A DNA stretch of 64,000 nt from Amoebophrya sp. A120 (taxonomy: Eukaryota; Protista; Dinoflagellata). Location: assembly GCA_905178155.1 (NCBI GenBank), contig CAJINV010000001.1:16120142-16184141 (forward strand), read 5' to 3'. Positions 1 through 10,762 of the stretch are shown piece after piece. The number at the start of each line of letters is the position of its first letter. Position 1 is the stretch's first letter. The notes below the pieces were generated by a model. It saw only the letters and a program-made list of their open reading frames with translations, did not search any database and was not told the origin of the DNA. Both the position numbers and the translations under genes were made by a program.

Positions 1-187
1 TGCTGGCTCAGCATGACAAGTTTCTGAGCTCCTAGGTGTTGCCTATTCTGCATGACAAGCTGCGCTTCTGCATCACAGAAAAACGAAGCTCTTGGGTAAC
101 ATGCATGACAGATTTAAGAGTCATGCCAGACAAGCATGACAAACATGAATTCTTCCAGACCCAGACATTTTTACATTTGATAAGCAG
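1..187 (+). mobile_element. 3' part of an inverted-repeat intron (TAT...ATA family) in the KH gene
   Basis: The end ttcttccagacccagacatttttacatttgata-agcag resembles the right arm of the STYX intron (ttcttccagactcagacacaatttacactgcata-tggaa). Several GCATGACA motifs are present. Confidence 0.6.
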
Positions 188-1029
188 ATGGGCGCGAGCG
201 TGTCCCTGGATCGCGATCACGGCTACGTCTGGGTCTGCGCGCCGCAGGCCCGGAACGTTGACGCAGTGCGAAAACGCATCGACGACCTGCAAACCAGCTG
301 GCGGGAACTTTTTCAGGTAGTTAGAAGCATTCTTGCGCGGAGGTAGCTCACCTCGTAGTAATTTTGTGTAATGCTGCTTGGTGTAATTCGAAATAGCGGC
401 GCGCTCCATGCGTCAGTAATTTTTTCTACTCCCCATGCCACCAACAGGTGATATCAGTTCGACACCAGGGGGACTTTGGCAAGCTCTTCAGTCGCGATGG
501 GAAGTCGGTGCGTCAAATTCAGCAGGAAACCGGGGCAAAAATCGAGATGGACCGAAATAGTATGGAGGTGCGCATCACCGGCCCATCAAAATCCGCTGTG
601 GATAGTGCCAGGGAACAGATTCGCACCAAACTCGGCTACGACGGCCGCAGCGGGGGCGGCGGGGGCGAGAAGCGGGGTGAAGCCGTGAGGCCAGAAAGTT
701 CGGGGCACGGCGGTAACAAGCGAGGAGCAGGGGCAATCAGTGCGGTGGAAAAGGTAAGTCGGACACTATTTTTTGCGTATGTTAGTAGAGCGAATTTGCT
801 ACACCTGGTTTTCAGTGCGAGTGCTAGAGCTCGTTTCGATTTGTCCAGCACAATACAAGTACAGCTACAGCTGGAGAGTTAAACGTAGGGAAATAACTCT
901 CTACAGCTCCAGAAGCAGGCAGAGCAGCAGGCAACTGGTGGCGACTGGGATGCGGGACCGCCACAGAACCAAACCCTGACCAACCTCCGTGGTCGGACCG
1001 GAGCCGGGCAGCAGGCGGAACAGTGGTAG
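188..1029 (+). CDS. KH-domain RNA-binding protein, probably 5'-incomplete (exons 188-316, 448-753, 907-1029)
   Basis: KH-like segment FGKLFSRDGKSVRQIQQETGAKIEMDRNSMEVRITGPSKSAVDSAREQI. The upstream exon resembles the end of another KH. GT-AG introns 317-447 and 754-906 keep the frame. Confidence 0.75.
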
Positions 1030-1877
1030 CTCAGCGCGCACTGCCAACGGTTTACGTCTCCCCCACTGAGTGTAGGCACGACGAAACATGTGTCTGGATC
1101 CCTGCTCAAATAAAGTTATCTTTTGCACCAGCGACAATCTGATTTCCATTTGCGCCAGCGAGAACGTGTGTACTTATTTTAATAAAAAGAAAGGTGCCAC
1201 TTCAAGAAGCTTCGGCCACGGGTCCGATCGGGCCCTGCCCACTGCAAAGTGAAAGTGAATTCAAACGGCGCGGTGGAGAGTCGTGTTCGCGGGTGGACTG
1301 GCATCGGCTTGGTCCGCTGCCGCTCGAAGTGGTCTCGTTCGCGAAGTCGGTCGTGCGGAAGTTGTTGGTTGGTATTCCAGCATGAAAATTCATCGTGACT
1401 GTGGAACTGTTACTTCCACGGAAGATGATGGTCTCCTGGAAAGATCCTTATCATGCGCCCGGGCGCAAGCGATCACTCATTGTTCGTGCGCATTTTTCAC
1501 CGATGTTGATCCGCAATTTTTCCCCTCACAAATAAGTAGGTGACTCGAGCTGATCTTTTATAGATGGTCGCAGCAGCAAGGAAGTACGACGTCACCGAGT
1601 TTGACAGATCTGCAGAAGGTCTCTCTGTTTCAGAACCGTACTCATGTTTCGGCTGAAGCAGATTCATTTGTTTCACTCGTCTCTCCTCACATTGATTGTA
1701 TGTCATACACAGGCTCTGAAGGTGGTTTGGCCATTCTTAGCTACGGGCACTTGGACTATTTTTGTATTGTGCCACAACGCATGCATGTAAGAGCGAGCAT
1801 TTGTTGCGGCCCGCGATGCAGAAGTCACGTAGTCCCATCTTCTTAAAAGTATCGCAAAGAGCAGGCTCCTTATCATC

Positions 1878-3569
1878 ATGACGCAAGCTGCAATGGCGCG
1901 CGAGGTCGCGCTGCGGCAAGGTTTGCTGGAAGCCGATGCGGATTGGACGTACTATTTTCAACACGTGAATCAAATTCAAAACCGATTAAGGAATCACAAC
2001 GCATCTTCAATACTAGCAGTATTTGGCGAGAGAGTAAAAAGTTTTGCGCATTTCAAGTTTTCGCACTACTCAAAAATAGGTACGTGAAAAAGCGGGAAGC
2101 CCAGGAAATTGTCCCCCGCCTTTACCTCGGCCCTTATGCGGCGGCGTGCAACGAGGAGCACATGCGGGCAATTGGAGTCACGCACTGCATCATTTTTCGG
2201 GCCCCGGAAGAGAACCGGATTATCAAGCCGAAATTTCCGTCCTTTGTCAAATACGACGTCATCGAGTGCAGTGACACCGCGCAGCAAAACCTCATTCCAC
2301 TGTTTCCGCTGGTAAAAGCCGCGGTGGATCAGGTATAGGTAGAGGTGATTTTTTTATAGAGATTATCTTCGGGTTTTGAATGCACATGAAAAGGTTTTAC
2401 ACCCACTTGCTTTCCCTTTATTTGCAGGTTCTTGCTATGAGCCGCGATCACCGCATCCTTCTTCAAGGCACAGTCGGGTATCAGAAGAAATTATGTCTGA
2501 ATCAGGAAGATGAACGGAGAAAATTTATGTGGTTGCTTTTCATGGACGAGAAGCAAAGCCTGCACGCCATAGCTCCGTTACAGTTTTACATAATCTCAAT
2601 TGATTTTTTGTACGTGCATAGGCGGATGGATTTTGCAACAGACACACGCACACCAGCGGTGGCTTCACCCTCGTGTCATGCGTGGCCCAGGTTGTAGATA
2701 GTTGACGAAGTTAGAGTTCTACAGCGGTAGCTAGCATTGGTTGGAGTTTGCACCATTTCTTCCAGACTCAGACACAATTTACACTGCATATGGAAATGAG
2801 CCGGTCTGCAGCATTCGCGGCTGCCTACGTTATGGAATCGTACAATCTGTCCTGGGAGGCGTCGATTTACTACGTTGGCACGCGCCGGTATGGAAGCGGT
2901 AGGTTTGAAATCGTCAAAGTTGAAAGAATCTGTAATGCATAAAATGCATGACCCGAGGTGCGTGTGTTGCAGAGCAGGCAAGTGATGCCGATTGGAAGCC
3001 TGTTTGGGGTTACAGCTCGAGGTGCTAAAGTAGCATGAGAAAATCACTCTTCTTTGCCTAAATAGCATGACAGACTGGATTTAGGGACCGCCGAAATTTG
3101 TCATTCGCCACTGGGAAACTGGGTTCCAACTGGCATCCATTTTATGCATGACAAATTATTTCAACTTTGTCGATTTCAACTCTGACACATCCATAGCCGG
3201 AACTGCGTTTCCGTGAACGAAAATTTCCGAATTCAGCTCCGGGAATACGACATGATCTGGAAAACCCGGCAGAGACAGCAGCAGCAAACTGCGACAGTCA
3301 ATAGTACCGGCATGATGATACCAAATCAACACACTGGTGCGACGGCAAACGGGCAGCCGGGCGGGGTAGCCCTGCAGCAGCTCGCTGGTGTTCAGCAGAG
3401 TCAACTCCAAGAACCCTACGAGCAAATAATGCTGCCACAGCCTGGAGGCGGCATGAAGCGGCGTCTAGAATACGACGACAACACGGACGCAGAAGTGTTG
3501 CCAGTGCCCAGCCACGAAAACCAACCGGGAGGAGTAAAGCCAGATATAGTGGCAATGGACAACGGATAG
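1878..3569 (+). CDS. STYX: STYX-like dual-specificity pseudophosphatase (introns 1949-2079, 2333-2427, 2478-2794, 2888-3199)
   Basis: Spliced protein DWTYVKKREAQEIVPRLYLGPY...LLQGTVGMSRSAAFAAAYVM...RRNCVSVNENFRIQLREYD. DSP fold motifs with Gly at the catalytic Cys position, as in STYX. Confidence 0.8.
2478..2794 (+). mobile_element. Non-canonical (GT..GA) inverted-repeat intron
   Basis: Left arm aaattatgtctgaatcaggaaga matches the reverse complement of the right arm aaattgtgtctgagtctggaaga at 20/23. Removal restores VGMSRS. No nearby in-phase AG. Confidence 0.7.
2888..3199 (+). mobile_element. Non-canonical (GT..CG) inverted-repeat intron with 5-bp direct repeat
   Basis: gccgg|TATGGA...TCCATA|gccgg. 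Removal gives TRRNCVSVNENF in frame. Internal GCATGA motifs. Confidence 0.8.
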
Positions 3570-4330
3570 GATAATTTTCTTGTGATAACTTTGCTCATGA
3601 GAAGATTTTCTTGTTCTTGCTGCACCAACTTGAATTTGCAATGCTGGAAGACAAGAAGGTTGGTGTCTTTCTCAGACGACTTTCTCTTTCACTCGACGCT
3701 GTAATTGTAGTGTACTCCGACGCCAGCGTCGTTCTACATTAATTATTAAGGAAAGACGCGACAGCGGCGCAGGTGAATAGTCACTTACAAGTAGTACCGC
3801 AAACAAAGGCTGGTCTGTTCCTACTAAAATGTCACGCAAGATAGAATGTCTCCTCGCATTTGTACTTCCCGTTTGGAGGACCTGAGAGGCTTGTTACCTA
3901 TGCTTGAGAGTATGTTCAAACCAGAGCGGGTAATTTCTTTTGTTGAGGATCAGGGCGCGCTGACGCATTACAGTTGTTTCTAGGCACGAAGTGCTACGTC
4001 GGGCCTTGCTTGGGTTTGTAAAGAGGGCTAATGCACGATGGTCGTTAAGATCAAGATGATGAAAACATTTGTTTGACAAACCAGAGTTTGAACTGCGCGA
4101 ATTAGTCTCACCGTTACGACAGGACGCCTCAACGTCTGTCCCGGCCGCGGCGAAAAATTTCATGCATTTGTCAAAACTGTGCGAACTACGAGGGAGGTTT
4201 GCAAGATGCGAATGCCCCATATTTCACTTACATACTGCGGATACTAAGCAGCTACACTCACATAACATGATTGTTTCTTGACAGACGAGCGGCAATTTAT
4301 GGAGATCTAACTATCTTGTGCGTTGACGAT

Positions 4331-5074
4331 GGAACTGCGTTTCCGTGAACGAAAATTTCCGAATTCAGCTCCGGGAATATGACATGATCTGGAAAACCCG
4401 GCAGAGACAGCAGCAGCAAACTGCGACAGTCAATACCAGTATGATGATACCAAATCAACACACTGGTGCAGCAGCAATAAATGGGCAGCCGGGGGTAGCC
4501 CTGCAGCAGCTCGCTGGTGTTCAGCAGAGTCAACTCCAAGAACCCTATGAGCAAATAATGCTGCCGCAGCCTGGAGGTGGCATGAAGCGGCGTCTGGAAT
4601 ACGACGACAACGCGGACGCAGAAGTGTTGCCAGTGCCCAGCCACGAAAACCAACCGGGCGGAGTAAAACCGGATATAGTGGCGATGGACAACGGATAGGA
4701 TAATTTTCTGGTGATAATTTTGCTCATAAGAAGATTTTCTACTTCTTGCTGCGCCAACTTGAATTTGCAATGCGGGAAGACAAAAAGGTGGATGTCTTTC
4801 TCAGACGACTTTCTCTTTCACTCGACGCCGTAACTGTAGTGTACTCGGACGCCAACGTCGTTCTACATTAAGTATTCAGAAAAGATGCGACAGCGGCGCA
4901 GGTGAAGAATAATCACTTACAAGTAGCACCGCAAACGAAAGCTGCTCTGTTCTCACTAAAATGTCACGCAAACATGTCTCTTCGCACTTGCATTTCCCGT
5001 TGAGAGGACCTGAGAGGCTTCCTACCTATCCTTGAGAGTATGCTCAAACGATAGCGGGTAATTTCTTTTGTTGA
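4331..5074 (+). repeat. Diverged tandem duplicate of the STYX last exon plus 3' flank (copy of 3199-3946); ORF 4345-4698 intact
   Basis: Near-identical 117-aa versus 118-aa translation. Similarity starts at the exon boundary (ggaactgcgtttccgtg) and runs ~375 bp past the stop. Confidence 0.9.
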
Positions 5075-5686
5075 AGTGCAAAGATCACTTTCGCTGGCAG
5101 CTGGAAAAACAATTCCGATAAATGCCCTTCCAAAATGATTTCATTCCATTTGTCAAAAAAAGTAGAAGTATACAAAGGCAAAGAATCATTGGAATGGCTA
5201 CGGGAAGCCTACTCTTCTCCAGTCCGCACAGGTAGGATGAGGGTCCGGGTGGTCGTCATTTCCGTTTGGGGAGGGCGTTTGAAACCCGTACTCTCAAACC
5301 TTGTTCACGTTCGATGGTGTGAACTACGAGCTGTCGTTGAGTGCAAAAAATGCGGAAGACAGAGCGATTTGCTTCTCTTAGTATTTATTTTCAAAGACGT
5401 TAGTATGCGCATTGGCTTTCGTCCCGCGTCTGTGCACAAGCATACGGAGTTGTGTTTTGCTGTTCGTCCACTTGATAGCCACGCGCACCTTCGACATTGT
5501 TCTCTGATTTTCGTGGCTCTACTGAGGAGTTGGTTTTATGAGCAAGTGAGATAGCACCTCATTTCGACTATCTGGGTGGTTTGTTGTCTCGATGCTTTTC
5601 ACATATTTAGACATGATGCTGATGGCACTGCATACCAACTCGCTCCTTGTCGTAGCTACAATTTCACCTAGCGAGCAAATCTTCCG

Positions 5687-8600
5687 ATGACCGACGCACC
5701 CGCGACCGCTCCGACGCGCGCTGCTCGCGGCGCGAAGCGGCCGCCTCCAGCATTCGAACGAGCAGCCGATGACGCGTTGAACAGCCGGTTCCTGGTGTTG
5801 CAAAAGATCGGACCAACCTCCTTTCTGATCCAGAGGGACACGGACACCTCGGTCGGAACAGATGGTCGTGCAGAAGACGACGACTCAGACGCAGACGGGC
5901 AGGACGGTGGTACGAGTAGTTCTATCGTGATCCACGCTGACGAGGGGCGGGGGATAGATTTGCGGGATGTTTCCTCGTCCTCCTCACGAGCTGACACGGG
6001 AGGCGTGCACGGAGGAACAGATACAACAGGAGCAAGACGCAAAGCATCAAGCTCCTCGAATCATAAAAATACTTCGGCCCGTAACATTCAGAAGTTCAAA
6101 GTGTGCCTAGGTGTGCCCTGTCACACCTGTACCTGCGGTACTACTGGTGCGGGGAATCATCTTGACCAAGCGAACGCGCCAGGAGGCGGGTCAACAGGGT
6201 CGGCATCTTCAGGACCTTCGAGGAGTAAACCAACTTCGATCACCACGACGCAGTGGTGCGTGCACATTTGCTACGTGCTCCTGAAGGTGTTGGGAGTTGC
6301 AAGGGATTTTCCCGTCGCGTTTCAAGACCGGATCACCGAGGTGGAGCTGGACCAGTTGCTCAGCTACCGAGACATGATGCGCGAAGCGAAGTTTGTGCGC
6401 GAACAGAAGCAGAAGCGGCGCGAGGAGATGATGCAGCGAATCCAGAACAGTCGGACTGGCGGTGGGGGTGCGGTAGCTGGAACCGACGCCGCACATGGTG
6501 GTGGTACGGGTAGTTGTGGTAACATCCGCCCGCCGCAAGAGGACGACCAGTGCCCGATCTGCTTCGACGACTTGCTGGCGGATGACGAGTTGACGTGCAA
6601 GCCCGTCGTGAACTGGGAGCGGAATTTTGCGCTGACCTTCTGTACCGAGGGCTGCAAGCAGGCCGTGCACACGGCGTGCATGTACAAGTGGTGCGAGCAC
6701 CACAAGTCCGACGGCGCCACCACCTGCCCGTTGTGCCGCGTTCCCTGGTCCAAGGAACAGATTTTGCAGCTCAATAAACGCTACCAGCGCAGTCTCCGGC
6801 AGAAGAAGGCACAGCATCCGGGGATGCAGTGTGGCTTCTGTAAGATGCGTCCAATTCGTGGGCCACTGTACGGGTGTCTGAGTAGTGTTTCATCTGGATC
6901 GACTGCAAAACACGACTCGGCCACGGCTTCATCTACCGTTGGCCGGGCGGGCTTGGGGATAGTGTCCAACACGCGTAGTGCTGGAGGAGCTGCGACTTCA
7001 CTACCAACCACTCTCGTGTACTGTGAAGAGTGTTTCTACAACCCGCTGGCCCGCGCAAGTAACTCGGGTAGGTTGTTTGTCAAGAAGGCAACGGCCGACC
7101 AGAAAAGCCTAGAACTGGTGCAGCAGTGCCTACCGTCCGCCATTTCAGCTTCGCGGCCACAGCAGCAGCGACCGCAGCCATCGGCGGTGCATCAGCACTT
7201 TCTTCCCCGGGGCTTGGAGTTTCAGCCGTCGCAGCAGTCCTCGCTCAGCATGCTGCAAGAGATTGTGGCAGCCAACCCCGAATTCCAGGGTGTCGACGAG
7301 CTGCCGCTTAGTGTGATTCTCGCGCTCGGCCATGACGTGGCTGAGCAGCGACGGAGCATATCTATTGAGGACTCGTTCACGCTCCAGACTACGCAACTGC
7401 AACTTCATCAGCAGGAGCGTCAGCAAGCAGTAGGCCAGTCCGCCACGAGTACTTCTGGCGCTTCATCATGGTCCCGTATAGCTGCTGCAACGAGTAGCGC
7501 GACAGCGCCAGAAGAGTCGCAAGGTCAACAAGTGGTTGCTCATAGCGAAGAGCGGGCTGCTCCAGGCTCGGGCTCACCCTCGATCTTTGCCGCAATTGTG
7601 ACTGCGCTGGCGACCGAGCCACCCTGCGCTGGATATCAAAGAGAAAAATCCCCCCTCCCCATATCGAACAGGTACGTTTCCGGAAATTTGTGTTGCTGAT
7701 TTGAGGTCACAAATCACATTTGTCTTGCAAGAAGACAAGGGCAGAAGCTTCCGCCGCATTATGGAAGCGATTTGTCATGCTGTGAGGCCTAAAAGGGAGC
7801 CGCCTGCCATGCTGCACAACTAGAACCATACGCCCCCAGCTAGCCTGGGGATCTGGCCGCAATGCCTCTCTGCAGTACAAACCTGATTTGTGTACTCAGA
7901 TACAGCATCACAAATTTCGTTTTCGATATGGGGAGGGGGGATTTTTCCTTTTGATACTGGAGTGCAGATGCTTCATCCATCCGGAATGGAAGTGCGAGGC
8001 GCGCGGCAACCAGAGTGCGTGTTTTGCGAAGATACAACTACCGTTCCGCGTGTGCAGCTTCCAAGGTGCGGACACTGGTGCCACGGACCGCAGTGCGTGA
8101 ACAGCTTCCAATGTCCCAAGTGCGATACTTTTTTGCTGCGCAGCCTGGAAGTTCTGTGTGAAGATAAGAAGAAGGCAAATACTAGCGAAGGCCAAGCAAA
8201 TGCGATGAGTGGCGATGCAGCTGCGGCAGCCGGGTTACTGGCAGTGCAGGGTCAGGGGCAAAATTCAAACGTCGCTGCTGGATCAAGCGAACAAGACGTA
8301 GCGCTCGCTGGCGCAGCGGTCGCGGGAGCTGCTCCGTTGCGGATGAATAGAAGTAACCACGGCATACGCATAGGGCGTCGGAAGCCCCGCCAAGCTGCGC
8401 CCCTCGAGGCAACAAGAGATGGTACAGGACTAAGACCAGCAGACCAAAATTCTGATCTGGACTCGTGGTGCCTGCAGCCCGGTCTAGAGGATGGCTTTGA
8501 GCTGACGGGTGAGAGACTGCAGAGCGAACGAAGCTTGATTGATGCGGAAACCCATGAGGCAAGTGTTGTGTCATCATCCACCTCGCGTCGAACCGCAAAT

Positions 8601-9392
8601 ACACAGATGATGAAAGGGCCTAAAACAGGAGGCCGACCGCGTGCGGGACTGCCGAGTAAAGCTTCGTTCGAGCTCAGCGCGGAGCCACTGTCAGACAGGG
8701 ATCCCATCGACGCGTTTCTTCTCGAGAATACGGCTCCGCACGTCAGGCGTACTGAAGATTCGGAGAAACAGACACTGGAGGAATCTGCCTTCGCTACCCC
8801 TGCCACATCTGCCGGATTGTTTTCGACGCGAGGGCCGGGTCGGCCGCGCGCGCGGTCCTCAGTCCTAGAACGGAAGAAAATGGCTTCATCGCCAGAAAAG
8901 CTGCTGCCTTCGCGAGATGAGACACTGGCAGTTGCAAGAGGAGAGGCAACGTCTGTAGGAGAAGGGGCCGGGGCGCAGCACGTGGTTCAGGACAATCTTG
9001 ACTTTACTCTGATGGCCACTACCATCAACAAGAGAAAACCCGTGACGCCTGGGAGCGAGCTCGTCGAAAGTACCCTGAACGACAAACAGCCTTCTAGTTC
9101 ATCGGAGAAGCTGCAGTCGTCACGTCGGCTCCGTGCCAAGCCATCGGTAGGATCATCCGCAGTGCCGACATCAAAGGGCAAACGCAAGGTGAACGCGGCC
9201 ACCGGTCGTTTGCTGTTGGGATCTACCCTGCAAACTGCGCCTCGCAGCGGCGAGCAGGAATTTCGAGAAGCTTACCCCGACTCCGCCGTCATCACCCAGT
9301 CAGATCTTCTGTCCCTGCAGGGATTGGGGGGCGCAAGTCTCGCTGCAACACTCCCCGATCATAGAAGACGATCCACTAGGCCACGGTCATAG
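5687..9392 (+). CDS. SWIM + RING + ZZ-like + second RING E3 ubiquitin ligase (ZSWIM2/MEX-like); one non-canonical intron 7633-7960
   Basis: SWIM (CTC...WCVHICYVLLKV), RING (CPICFDDL...CTEGCKQAVHTACMYKW...CPLCR), ZZ-like (HPGMQCGFCKMRPIRGPLYGC...CEECF), second RING-like (CVFC...CGHWCH...CPKC). Confidence 0.8.
7629..7961 (+). mobile_element. MITE-like intron with ~95-bp imperfect terminal inverted repeats and ctgga direct repeat
   Basis: ctgga|TATCAAAGAGAAAAATCCCCCCTCCCCATATCGAA...TTCGATATGGGGAGGGGGGATTTTTCCTTTTGATA|ctgga. Excision of 328 nt joins CAG to VQM in frame. Confidence 0.85.
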
Positions 9393-10762
9393 CAGAAACC
9401 ATTGCGGCTTTAGTCCTCATCGAGTGCGTGATATGCAGTCGTTTGCCTACTTTTCGCTGGCCAATGCAGTCTTCTTGTAGAATCGCTGGAGAAAACAAAA
9501 TTATTGGATCGCAAAAAGCACGATTGATGACACGCCTAGAGTGCAATGCAAAGTCTAGATCTACCATGGATGCGAAATTTTGTTCACCGTTTTGCTCTGC
9601 AAAGTCGTATCACCTTTGCCATGTAAGATCCTGAAATGACGGAAGAGTCGAAAGTTCAAAAAATCAATCGCGCGAGCAGTCCGACAACTAGAATTCATAA
9701 ACCATTGCCGCTAACCCAAGTTACTTTCACAGGACCCCTTTCCCATTTTTTTGTTTCTACCCTTTGAAGTAGAGTATAGAGGTAGCCCAGCCCCCCAAAT
9801 TTCGTCTTCAGAGAGACAACCTAGTATTCGCCCTCTTTTTGCGACATCCAAATTTTTCACTTACGAAAGTTAGGTTTTTTACATCGTACCTTCGGGAAGA
9901 ACAGTAGAAGCCTAGATCACTTAAGATTCCAGTATTCACTTCTTTCCTCACTGTGATAGAGGTTTTTTCCAGGCGTCCCTAAGACCATCGCAGGCGCAGC
10001 TTTTTTTGTCGGTGCCGTTCTTCAGCCGAGAAAGAAACAACGATCCTGCTTGCCAGGAGCAGTTTCAAAAAGAAAAAAAAAGAAAGGAAAAGAAATAGGA
10101 AGACAGGCCACGGTCGCACTATACAAGACGTACTTAGTTCTGAGCGTGTTGTGTTGTAAAGCAAGCACCTCCTCTTCCCGACCCTCTCTGTTCCTCGTCG
10201 GATCTCCGTATTGGTTCGAAGACACAAGGTTTGACTGACCCAAAAACGGTTTAGGTTCCGCATTCTTTCTTGTCGTGGCAAAGGTGATCGAGAGAGGTTC
10301 CTTCTCTTTATTGGGGTAAGAAATTTCTGCGCAACATCTGAAACACGGTTTCGTGTAGCTGACAAGTTGTACCTACTTCCAAAACACTCGAACCCGTGAA
10401 TTGAAACTGGTCGGAGCCATGACAATGTCTTGTGGTCGCACCTCCATTCGTGGAGCCTACTTGCTTGTCTGTCGCTAACCACATCGATCTGGCTGATCGT
10501 GTTTGATTCATGCGGTGCAAAAAACCTATCGTGCCTCAAGAACATGAAGTAATCCAACATCGTCTGGTTTTTGCCGTTGATATAATTTCTGCGTATCACA
10601 ATTTGGACACACGCACGAACAAAACTTTTCTGCCTTTATTTTTTCGCGAAGCAAAAGCAAAACTATAACTATCTGCTACTTCCTCGACCGCCCCACCGCT
10701 CTTCTTGTAATCATTTCAAGGAAGAAAAATTTTTCTATAACAAATCAAACGAACAAAGAGAG

